From IMG/VR virus record IMGVR_UViG_3300028805_000048: a stretch of 64,000 nucleotides of DNA. The stretch is one strand, 5' to 3'. This stretch comes from a virus (Duplodnaviria; Caudoviricetes). The position numbers were made by a program, and so were the translations under genes. Below, in pieces: positions 1 through 7,159 of this stretch (positions within the stretch are counted from its first letter, which is position 1; each line of letters begins with the position of its first letter). The notes beneath the pieces are model-generated. The model saw only the letters and a list, made by a program, of their open reading frames with translations, searched no databases and was not told the DNA's origin.

Positions 1-104
1 GACAATTAGTGATGAACTAGTTTGTCAAAAAGAGCTGCTTTTGTGGGAACAATACACTGAGATTACATCATACGGTCCATGTTCCCTTCTCTTTTTTTTT
101 TATT

Positions 105-178
105 TAGGGTGTCTTCTAAGGGTCGGAAAGTGGAATTTGACTCCATTAATCGAGGTTCGAATCCTTGCACCCTAGCCA
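105..178 (+). tRNA. tRNA-Gln(UUG)
   Basis: Acceptor tagggtg/cacccta, anticodon arm gtgga-atTTGac-tccat, GTTCGAAT T-loop, encoded CCA. Confidence 0.9.
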
Positions 179-377
179 CAGTTCAAAAATTGTCAGAAAT
201 GGAGATTTTTTTGCTATTTTACAAGCATGTAAGTTAATTCAAAGATAAATATATTTTGAAGGTTAGTTTTACAATAACTTAGCTATGTGAAAAATTAAAT
301 TAGTAATAAAATAAGTTGAATTTATGAATTATCTATACTTTAATAATTGGAACTAGATTATTACTAGGAGTAATATA

Positions 378-1169
378 ATGACTGTAAACAAATATAAAGA
401 TATCATTATCAATAAATATACAGAATATGATGAAGATACTCGTTTGGTTAGTGATAGAGGACATAATTTAGAATATTTAACCACTATGCGTTATATTCAA
501 AAATTCCTAAAACCAGGTGCTAAAATATTAGAAATCGGTGCAGCAACTGGACGTTATTCTATTACTTTGGCTGAGATGGGGTATGATGTTACTGCTGTTG
601 ACCTTACTCCTAAAAATATTGAAGTAATGAAATCTAAAAGTAAAAGATTAAAGAATTTTAATTGTATGATTGGCGATGCTTTGGATTTGAGCATGTTTGA
701 TGATAAAACTTTTGATATGGTTTTAAATTTAGGACCTATGTATCATTTATTTAACAAAAAAGATAAAAACAAAGCAGTAAGTGAAACTTTACGTGTTGCT
801 AAAAGAAAAGCGATATGTATGTTTGCGTATCTTCCTTGTGCTTCATTAATGACTAGTTATGGTTTACGACACCAAGCAGTTTCTCATTTAGACGAGTTAA
901 TGGATAATGTCGGACGTTTTAAGGATACACCTGAAGAAATATTTAATACTTTTCATATTGAAGATTTTAAGAAGCTATTTAATAAAACAAATACAAAATA
1001 TATTACTAATGTAGCTACTGATGGTATAGCATATGCTATGAAAGAATGGGTAGAACAATTATCTAAAAAAGATTATGATGCTTTTATAAAATGGCATTTT
1101 TTAACTTGTGAGCGTATTGATCAACAAGGATATAGTGCGCATTTGTTATATATTTGTAAGAAAAAGTAG
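378..1169 (+). CDS. Class I SAM-dependent methyltransferase
   Basis: ILEIGAATG motif I, VDL, GDALDL, FDMVL..GPMYHL; SD aggag upstream. Confidence 0.85.
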   Translation: MTVNKYKDIIINKYTEYDEDTRLVSDRGHNLEYLTTMRYIQKFLKPGAKILEIGAATGRYSITLAEMGYDVTAVDLTPKNIEVMKSKSKRLKNFNCMIGDALDLSMFDDKTFDMVLNLGPMYHLFNKKDKNKAVSETLRVAKRKAICMFAYLPCASLMTSYGLRHQAVSHLDELMDNVGRFKDTPEEIFNTFHIEDFKKLFNKTNTKYITNVATDGIAYAMKEWVEQLSKKDYDAFIKWHFLTCERIDQQGYSAHLLYICKKK

Positions 1170-1343
1170 TTTATTTATCTTGAGAATTATAAGCTCACTT
1201 TAGCTAATTTATGTAAAGAATTGTCCCAGTAATCCTATGACATCTTAGTAATGTTATGATCTGTTCTATGCAATAACATAGAGTTTTAAAAATTCCTAGG
1301 TTCTATTTTTAAAATGGACAAATGATATTTTTAATTATTTTAT

Positions 1344-1447
1344 GGGAAGCGTATATAGCTATGGAGACTATGGCAAGGACTAGTACCCTTGTCCTCGTAA
1401 GTACTAGTTAAAGAGACGGATGGTTCGATTCCACAAACTTCCCACCA
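1344..1447 (+). tRNA. Atypical type II tRNA-like RNA with 8-nt anticodon loop
   Basis: gggaag/cttccc acceptor + ACCA, GGTTCGATTCC T-arm, stem gcaagg/ccttgt closing an 8-nt loop actagtac, long variable arm. Confidence 0.6.
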
Positions 1448-1457
1448 TATTTACTAA

Positions 1458-1549
1458 GGAACAGTGGCTGAGTGGTTTAAAGCAGCGATCTACTAAATCG
1501 TCGAGGGCAGAAATGTCTTCCAATCGTTCGAATCGATTCTGTTCCGCCA
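1458..1549 (+). tRNA. tRNA-Ser(ACU)
   Basis: Acceptor ggaacag/ctgttcc, G73+CCA, long variable arm, anticodon arm gcgat-ctACTaa-atcgt. Confidence 0.85.
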
Positions 1550-1580
1550 ATTTTAAAAATGTTGTTTCCTATAAAAAAAT

Positions 1581-1612
1581 GACTTTACAAAATAAAAAAT
1601 TTGTTTTATATA
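1581..1612 (+). promoter_or_regulatory. Sigma70-type promoter for leader peptide and tRNA array
   Basis: gacTTTACA-17 nt-TATATA, a variant of the recurrent GGCTTTAC promoter. Confidence 0.6.
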
Positions 1613-1645
1613 TAAAAATATAAAATGAGAAAGGTTCTAATAAAT

Positions 1646-1723
1646 ATGATGAATAGATTAGTTAAAAAATGTTGGCACATGTTTGGATTCGCAGGTAAAA
1701 CTGACGGAGGTGTTAACTATTAA
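1646..1723 (+). CDS. Attenuator leader peptide, 25 aa (MMNRLVKKCWHMFGFAGKTDGGVNY); not in ORF track
   Basis: SD gaaagg at ~1629; the 3' end carries CGGAGGT, complementary to the terminator 5' arm; residues 7-18 match the downstream tRNA set. Confidence 0.8.
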   Translation: MMNRLVKKCWHMFGFAGKTDGGVNY

Positions 1724-1752
1724 CTAAAATCTTTTCTAAAGTTAATTTAAAT

Positions 1753-1790
1753 AAAAACCTCCGAAAAAGTAAAAAGTTTCGGAGGTTTTT
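1753..1790 (+). terminator. Attenuator terminator upstream of tRNA array
   Basis: aaaaacctccgaaa...tttcggaggttttt hairpin plus U tract; competing antiterminator 1705-1711/1757-1763 and 1719-1725/1740-1746. Confidence 0.85.
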
Positions 1791-1819
1791 CTTATTTTTA
1801 TGTATATATTATGAAGATT

Positions 1820-1898
1820 GGGGAATGGGACTGCTTGGGGTGGTCATCTCGTTTGCACCGAGAAATTCAGGTGAGTTCAAAACTCACATTCTCCACCA
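1820..1898 (+). tRNA. tRNA-Ala(UGC)
   Basis: G3:U70 pair, tctcg-ttTGCac-cgaga, CCA. Confidence 0.9.
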
Positions 1899-1900
1899 AT

Positions 1901-1976
1901 GGATATCTGGTATAGCTGGTGCGTACGTCTGTCTGAAGAACAGAAGGACCGAGTTCGATTCTTGGGGTATCCACCA
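1901..1976 (+). tRNA. tRNA-Phe(GAA)
   Basis: tctgt-ctGAAga-acaga, cloverleaf, CCA. Confidence 0.9.
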
Positions 1977-1980
1977 TTAC

Positions 1981-2056
1981 GGAGCTATAGTATAAATGGT
2001 TATTACTTGCGACTTTTAATCGTAAAATCAAGATTCGAGTTCTTGTGGCTCCACCA
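1981..2056 (+). tRNA. tRNA-Lys(UUU)
   Basis: tgcga-ctTTTaa-tcgta, CCA. Confidence 0.9.
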
Positions 2057-2059
2057 AAT

Positions 2060-2135
2060 GGCAACATATTTCAATCGGTAGAAAGCATCTCTCATAAGGA
2101 TGTAGTTACTTGTTCAAGTCAAGTTGTTGCCACCA
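2060..2135 (+). tRNA. tRNA(CAU), elongator Met (Ile2 not excluded)
   Basis: catct-ctCATaa-ggatg, paired 1-72, CCA. Confidence 0.85.
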
Positions 2136-2138
2136 TGT

Positions 2139-2212
2139 GGACCGTTGACAGAGCGTTTATGTGTTCGGCTGCAACCCGAATTAGATGGGTTAGACTCCCT
2201 TACGGTTCTCCA
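2139..2212 (+). tRNA. tRNA-Cys(GCA)
   Basis: ttcgg-ctGCAac-ccgaa, U73 discriminator, CCA. Confidence 0.9.
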
Positions 2213-2214
2213 AT

Positions 2215-2289
2215 GCGATTCTCGTATAATGGTTATTATGTTAGTCTTCCAAACTAAAGATATGAGTTCAATTCTCATGAATCGCTCCA
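2215..2289 (+). tRNA. tRNA-Gly(UCC)
   Basis: gcgattc/gaatcgc acceptor, ttagt-ctTCCaa-actaa, U73+CCA. Confidence 0.9.
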
Positions 2290-2291
2290 AA

Positions 2292-2365
2292 GGAGGTTTA
2301 GTTCAAAGGTAGAACACTGGTCTCCAAAACCAAAAATGATTGTTCGAGTCAGTCAACCTCTGCCA
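2292..2365 (+). tRNA. tRNA-Trp(CCA)
   Basis: tggt-ctCCAaa-acca, G73+CCA. Confidence 0.9.
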
Positions 2366-2415
2366 TTTCAAAATTTTACGCATAGAAGTATATATCAGTG
2401 ACTTGGTTTATACTT

Positions 2416-2492
2416 GTGTGCGTAGCATAAATGGATAATGCACTGGTTTGTGGTACCAGATCATGTGGGATCATACCCCACCGTACACCCCA
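2416..2492 (+). tRNA. tRNA-His(GUG)
   Basis: ctggt-ttGTGgt-accag, C73+CCA; T-loop non-canonical; position -1 is T. Confidence 0.85.
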
Positions 2493-2628
2493 ATAAAATT
2501 TTTATTTATGGCTTTACTTTTACAAAACATTATTTTATTTTAAATTTGTTTGTTAAATATATACAAACGTTGTATTAACCGTGGAATTTTTCAGAAACCA
2601 CATTAAATAAACTGAAGAGGATAATGAA

Positions 2629-2850
2629 ATGTCAAAAAGTCAAATGATAGATAGACGTATAAATAAAATAGATGATAATTTTGTATATGTTGAATATACT
2701 TATTTATATGTCGATGAAAAAGAAAATATAGAAAAACAAAAAGGTGATTTTAAAGGTTTTCATCCAATTGGTAAAACTATCCATAAAAATATTAAGATGC
2801 ATGGAAAATATACTGGTTGGGTATGGGGACAAATGTATCAAAAAAATTAG
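2629..2850 (+). CDS. Hypothetical protein
   Basis: ORF with SD gagga; GGCTTTAC promoter at 2510. Confidence 0.6.
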   Translation: MSKSQMIDRRINKIDDNFVYVEYTYLYVDEKENIEKQKGDFKGFHPIGKTIHKNIKMHGKYTGWVWGQMYQKN

Positions 2851-2875
2851 AAATATTTTTAAATAAAATAGTTCT

Positions 2876-3175
2876 AACATCAATGTCGTTTGAGCCGCGA
2901 CTTTAAAATAATGACGGATGAAAAATTCCAAGCTCAATTGGAGTGCTGTATCCATAGTCAAAAAATTAACAGCTATAGTAGTAAACTACTGGTGTTTGAA
3001 TATTTAACCTATAGAAATAATATTCAGTTCTGCAACTTAAGATTTATCTTATCTATAAAGTTGTTCGGTTTAAGAGTAATCGATTGAATACGTATGGAGT
3101 ATAGTGCACGAAACATACGATACGATAAAGACTTAATCAAACTCTTCGTTATCTATTGACAGATTGTTGTTGACT
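2876..3175 (+). ncRNA. Candidate ~300 nt structured ncRNA
   Basis: Follows AGTTCTA at 2870; imperfect closing stem, several hairpins, loop-loop complement TTGAGC/GCTCAA; no convincing ORF. Confidence 0.55.
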
Positions 3176-3199
3176 ACGTTAATGTCAACTTTTATTTAT

Positions 3200-3275
3200 A
3201 GCAGGGTAGAGCAGTAGTAGCTTACTTGGCTCATAACCAAGAGGTCGTGGTGTGCAATTCCCACCCCTGCAACCA
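3200..3275 (+). tRNA. Initiator tRNA-fMet(CAU)
   Basis: Unpaired 1:72 (A/A), gcaggg/ccctgc, cttgg-ctCATaa-ccaag, ACCA. Confidence 0.85.
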
Positions 3276-3278
3276 ATC

Positions 3279-3579
3279 AAATTTGGTTTTACTCGAATAA
3301 TTAGTTGATGGCTAATAAGAGTACATATATAAATACTGAAAAGTTTTATGTGTGGTTGGATGTAACAAGAAGCATAAAGTTGAATTAGCATAGGTTGGCC
3401 AACCTATAGTGACGTAAGAAATGGACAAATCGTGTTGAACAATACTGACATCTGTATCCATTTGGAGGTAAACAATCCTCTCATCTATTAAACAAAAGAT
3501 TAGCTACCTTTTGTAGATGTGACTGAATAATGTGCTTGTTAATAACTTGGAGGTAGTCAGGAGTCCTTCAACCAAATTT
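3279..3579 (+). ncRNA. Candidate ~300 nt structured ncRNA directly after tRNA-fMet
   Basis: Perfect 10-bp closing stem aaatttggtt/aaccaaattt, nested helices, 18-nt palindrome at 3390-3407. Confidence 0.6.
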
Positions 3580-3603
3580 TTAATTAAGTAAAAGGAATAG
3601 AAT

Positions 3604-3777
3604 ATGAAAAAGAAAAAACGAATAAAAACAGGTGAAGAAAGAATAATTCTATTTAATCTTTATCACAATAAAATATATCGACACAAGGTAATAAAAAATA
3701 AAAAAAGAGAACAAAAGAAGTTCAATATAAATAAAGAGATTGGTTATTATTCAAGTTGTTATCTATTAACTGTTTAA
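3604..3777 (+). CDS. Small basic protein, ArfA-like ribosome rescue factor candidate (57 aa; not in ORF track)
   Basis: SD aaagga; LYHNKIYRHKVIKNKK resembles the ArfA core LHDPLFRQRVEKNKK; long hairpin 3739-3789 spans the stop codon. Confidence 0.5.
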   Translation: MKKKKRIKTGEERIILFNLYHNKIYRHKVIKNKKREQKKFNINKEIGYYSSCYLLTV

Positions 3778-3839
3778 ATAATAACCAATTTTCTTTTATT
3801 AAATTTGTTTTTTTTTGATTATTATATGGTGTTAAAATA

Positions 3840-4214
3840 ATGATTTATAAACATTTTCTAGATTTCACAAAAAATTCTCCTTTTGATAAATTATCAGGTG
3901 ATCAAAAAAGAGCTGTAGAAACACAAGCTAACATAGATTTAGAAGCACATAAACTGTCAAGATATTATAAAAAAGCTATAAAAGATGAAGAAATAGAGAA
4001 TGAATTGTTTAAAGCTTTATGCAAACAATATGCAAAAAAATCTGAAAATGAGTTAAAGAAAATGGTAATATTAGATTCAAAAGCTTTATACTATTATCCA
4101 TTAACAAAAGATAGAATTGAATATTACGAAAAATTAGCAAAAGAAAAAGCTGATGCCATGGATAGAAATATATATGCTCAAACAAAATTACATTTTAAAA
4201 ACTTCGATAGATAA
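3840..4214 (+). CDS. Hypothetical protein
   Basis: 124-aa ORF. Confidence 0.6.
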   Translation: MIYKHFLDFTKNSPFDKLSGDQKRAVETQANIDLEAHKLSRYYKKAIKDEEIENELFKALCKQYAKKSENELKKMVILDSKALYYYPLTKDRIEYYEKLAKEKADAMDRNIYAQTKLHFKNFDR

Positions 4215-4285
4215 AAAGGTTTTACAAAAATAATAATTTGAAATATATAAAAAATGTAATAAAAATAATTCTCGGAGATATTAAT

Positions 4286-4579
4286 ATGAAAAAAATTTTA
4301 TGTTTGTTTAGTGTTTTGTTTTTATTTGCTTGTACATCTACACCGGAAGTAACAGAAAATAAAAATGTAACTTTACGAAATTCTAATGAGATGAAGTATA
4401 ACTCTTATAGTAAAACAGAATGTAATACTTGTACATCATCATATACAGTTCGTAAACCAGTTGAAGTTATCTATGAAAATACTACATACACAACAGTTTA
4501 TGAACCAAAAGTATACACAACAATAACACATGAAAGAAAACCTTATAATAGATGTGAAAATTCTGATTTGTGTTATTAG
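4286..4579 (+). CDS. Lipoprotein
   Basis: MKKILCLFSVLFLFA-C signal II lipobox; SD ggag; start revised from 4238. Confidence 0.75.
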   Translation: MKKILCLFSVLFLFACTSTPEVTENKNVTLRNSNEMKYNSYSKTECNTCTSSYTVRKPVEVIYENTTYTTVYEPKVYTTITHERKPYNRCENSDLCY

Positions 4580-4593
4580 TTTTTAGAGTTTTT

Positions 4594-4630
4594 AAAAAAA
4601 GAGATGCTTTTAAACATCTCTTTTTTTTAT
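4594..4630 (+). terminator. Intrinsic terminator
   Basis: aaaagagatg...catctctttttttt. Confidence 0.7.
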
Positions 4631-4684
4631 TTATGGCTTTACTTTTCATTTTGTATAGTTTATAATTAAATTATAAATTTTTAT

Positions 4685-4774
4685 GGGAAGGTGACTGAGA
4701 TAAACAAAGGTGATATAGAATAACTATATTGTCAAGAAATTGACTGTTCAGGTGAGATTCCTGACCTTCCCCCA
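4685..4774 (+). tRNA. Degenerate type II (Tyr-like) tRNA-like RNA, nominal anticodon AUA
   Basis: gggaagg/ccttccc acceptor, tcagg/cctga T-stem, gtcaa/ttgac variable arm, non-canonical loops; own promoter at 4635. Confidence 0.55.
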
Positions 4775-4805
4775 CGTTTATAAATCTAATTTATGAAAGA
4801 ACAAA

Positions 4806-5750
4806 ATGTCTTATAAAAACTACTATAGTATACTTGAACTAGGATATGATTGTACACAAGATGATATAGAAAGAGCATATCATTATTATGCTAGAATATA
4901 TCATCCAGAAATAAATCCAAAAGGTGGTAATTTATATAGAGAAATAGTTAATGCTTATAATATCTTAAAAGATCCTATAAAGCGTGAAAAATATGATTTG
5001 CAACATAAAATACACTCTAGAGCTATATTAGAAGATTTAAAAGAAAAAGCAAAATTTACAGTACAGATTAGAGATGATATTGGAGAAAGAATAGAACAAT
5101 TATATGATAAATATAAGAATAAATATTCTAATGATGAAATAATTGAAAAAATATCTAATAGAGTAGCATTAGTATGTGAAGAAATAATACCATCTATAAA
5201 GCAATTTGTTTTTTATAGAAAAAAAGAAGATGAATTTATAAAAAATGATAAAATTGATAGATCTATAGATTTTCCATTTGATTGGTATGAAGATAATCAA
5301 TATTTTGCTATAATAGATAAACAACCGATATTTGATATTTTATACAATATAAACGATTATAGATTTGAAAATGTATGTTCTGGAATTTATAATAGAAGTA
5401 TAATTTCTATAATTTTTTCTTGTTTGATTTATATTTTAGCTTTACCTGTTATACTTATTTCTAAAATAATTAGAAAATTTAATATTGATTTTGAAAAAAT
5501 AGATGATAAAAATACACCAAAGTGGATAAAATATTACATATACATGATATATAAAAATAATTTTTGTGAAGTTTTAGGAAGTGTTATTTTTTTACTTGGA
5601 TTTATAGTTATAAAAACATTAGATAAAATTTTATATTCTTTATACTGGATTTTCGATAGAATATTAAAAGTCTTTATTTTACCTTTTGCATATGTGTTTA
5701 AATGGATAATATTAGGTTTTACAATTTTATGGATATTATCTATACTATAG
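4806..5750 (+). CDS. J-domain (DnaJ-like) membrane protein
   Basis: NYYSILEL...YHPE...INxAYxILKDPxKRxxYD J-domain; hydrophobic C-terminal helices. Confidence 0.8.
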   Translation: MSYKNYYSILELGYDCTQDDIERAYHYYARIYHPEINPKGGNLYREIVNAYNILKDPIKREKYDLQHKIHSRAILEDLKEKAKFTVQIRDDIGERIEQLYDKYKNKYSNDEIIEKISNRVALVCEEIIPSIKQFVFYRKKEDEFIKNDKIDRSIDFPFDWYEDNQYFAIIDKQPIFDILYNINDYRFENVCSGIYNRSIISIIFSCLIYILALPVILISKIIRKFNIDFEKIDDKNTPKWIKYYIYMIYKNNFCEVLGSVIFLLGFIVIKTLDKILYSLYWIFDRILKVFILPFAYVFKWIILGFTILWILSIL

Positions 5751-5753
5751 GAT

Positions 5754-6086
5754 ATGGATAAATCGATGAATGAAGATTGGGAAAATTTTGAAACGACATG
5801 TAAATTGTTTGGCTATACTACAACTAATAAATCTAAGGCACATAATACATTAACTGCTTTAGATTTTTATTTAACAAAAATAATAAAATGCAAAACCAAG
5901 TGTTATAATAATTATCATATACACTATTTAGATTATATATTAAATCAAGAACATATATTAACAATAACACATGAAAAAAGTAAGTATAACAGAAACATAA
6001 TAGTGAGATTTATTGATAAATATAATCATTCAATACCATCAAAAATACATGTTTTAAAATATTTAAAAGAAAATGATTTGTTATAA
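5754..6086 (+). CDS. Hypothetical protein
   Basis: ORF coupled to upstream gene. Confidence 0.55.
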   Translation: MDKSMNEDWENFETTCKLFGYTTTNKSKAHNTLTALDFYLTKIIKCKTKCYNNYHIHYLDYILNQEHILTITHEKSKYNRNIIVRFIDKYNHSIPSKIHVLKYLKENDLL

Positions 6087-6146
6087 ATGGCTTTACAAAA
6101 TAAAAAAATATTATATATTAATGTTGTTAATTTAACTGTACATATT

Positions 6147-6417
6147 ATGTAGATAATCGTGGCGGAAGTATAGACGCTAGATGGAATATAGAGAGACATT
6201 ATAAGACCGGATATTATCAATGTCGTAAATTTAATGAAAAGGGTATGATAATTTTTTACAAATTTATTATACTTAAACGGAGATCATAGTGGAATGCGAA
6301 CTGTCCATTAGTTTGATAGGCCATCAAATACGATATGATCCAAAACAAAGACTATATGTCCTGTGGGATAGATTTAAGATTAAGAGTTTTGTCTTGGCCA
6401 TAGGCGATTATCTACAT
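6147..6417 (+). ncRNA. Candidate ~270 nt ncRNA with tRNA-like D-arm
   Basis: Perfect 13-bp closing stem atgtagataatcg/cgattatctacat, gtggcggaagtatagacgc D-arm-like motif, cctgtgg/ccatagg stem; promoter at 6089. Confidence 0.6.
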
Positions 6418-6439
6418 TTTATCTTGAAAGTTCATAAGA

Positions 6440-6808
6440 ATGAAAATAGATCCACATCCATATCGTAAATTAGAAAAAAGAATTTTAATTTATTGTATTA
6501 ATCAAACATCAAATGATATACATAAAAAAATATTAAAAAATTCTATAAAAACTAGTAAAAGGTTAAAAGGTGGATTTACTGAAATAAGTATGCCTGCTAA
6601 AATGAATTATAAATTATTCATTGAATATACAGAAAATTTTATAAAAACAAATTTTAATGATATAATAAAATGTGAATATATATCATTAGTTGATAAAAAT
6701 ACACGTCATGCTTATGATGCATATAATAAAATAAGATTATCAATTAATTATTCTAAAGCAAATTCAGAAGATATAGAAACATATCTAAGGATATTACTGC
6801 ATGAATAA
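6440..6808 (+). CDS. Hypothetical protein, C-terminal helix family
   Basis: Ends IETYLRILLHE. Confidence 0.55.
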   Translation: MKIDPHPYRKLEKRILIYCINQTSNDIHKKILKNSIKTSKRLKGGFTEISMPAKMNYKLFIEYTENFIKTNFNDIIKCEYISLVDKNTRHAYDAYNKIRLSINYSKANSEDIETYLRILLHE

Positions 6809-7154
6809 TATTGTAGAATCTTTATTAAAAATAATATTTAATTTAATAAATTGTAGAATAATATCTATAAACGTCATTAATAAAAATGAAAATAATAATA
6901 CAGAGATAGATTTCTTGATAGCTCTTCATGATAATAATTTAAAATATATTCCTCTTATGTTGGACTTGTGTAAAGAATTAGACGTCTCAATAAAAATTCA
7001 ACACGATTTTAAAAACAATTTTAATAGTTTAGAAATAGAGTTTAATCAAAATATTCTAAATACCAACGTCTCTAAATTAAATGAATTTGAAACAGTATTA
7101 AGATTACAAGGATTATATAATCCAGAAGCAAAAATATTTGTATGTGATCTTTAG
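6801..7154 (+). CDS. Hypothetical protein, C-terminal helix family
   Basis: FETVLRLQG near C-terminus. Confidence 0.6.
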   Translation: MNNIVESLLKIIFNLINCRIISINVINKNENNNTEIDFLIALHDNNLKYIPLMLDLCKELDVSIKIQHDFKNNFNSLEIEFNQNILNTNVSKLNEFETVLRLQGLYNPEAKIFVCDL

Positions 7155-7159
7155 AAAAA

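Noticed and set aside
1344-1447. tRNA-Sec or amber suppressor
   Set aside because: No UCA anticodon; CTA is present but not centred in a 7-nt loop after U33.
1420-3391. Track ORFs at 1420, 1867, 1899, 2045, 2124, 2704, 2890 and 3185
   Set aside because: They overlap tRNAs, structured RNA or a better ORF, and lack SDs; these are shadow ORFs.
6147-6417. tmRNA or intron-containing tRNA-Leu
   Set aside because: No Ala acceptor (G3:U70), CCA end or convincing tag ORF; no group I core recognised.
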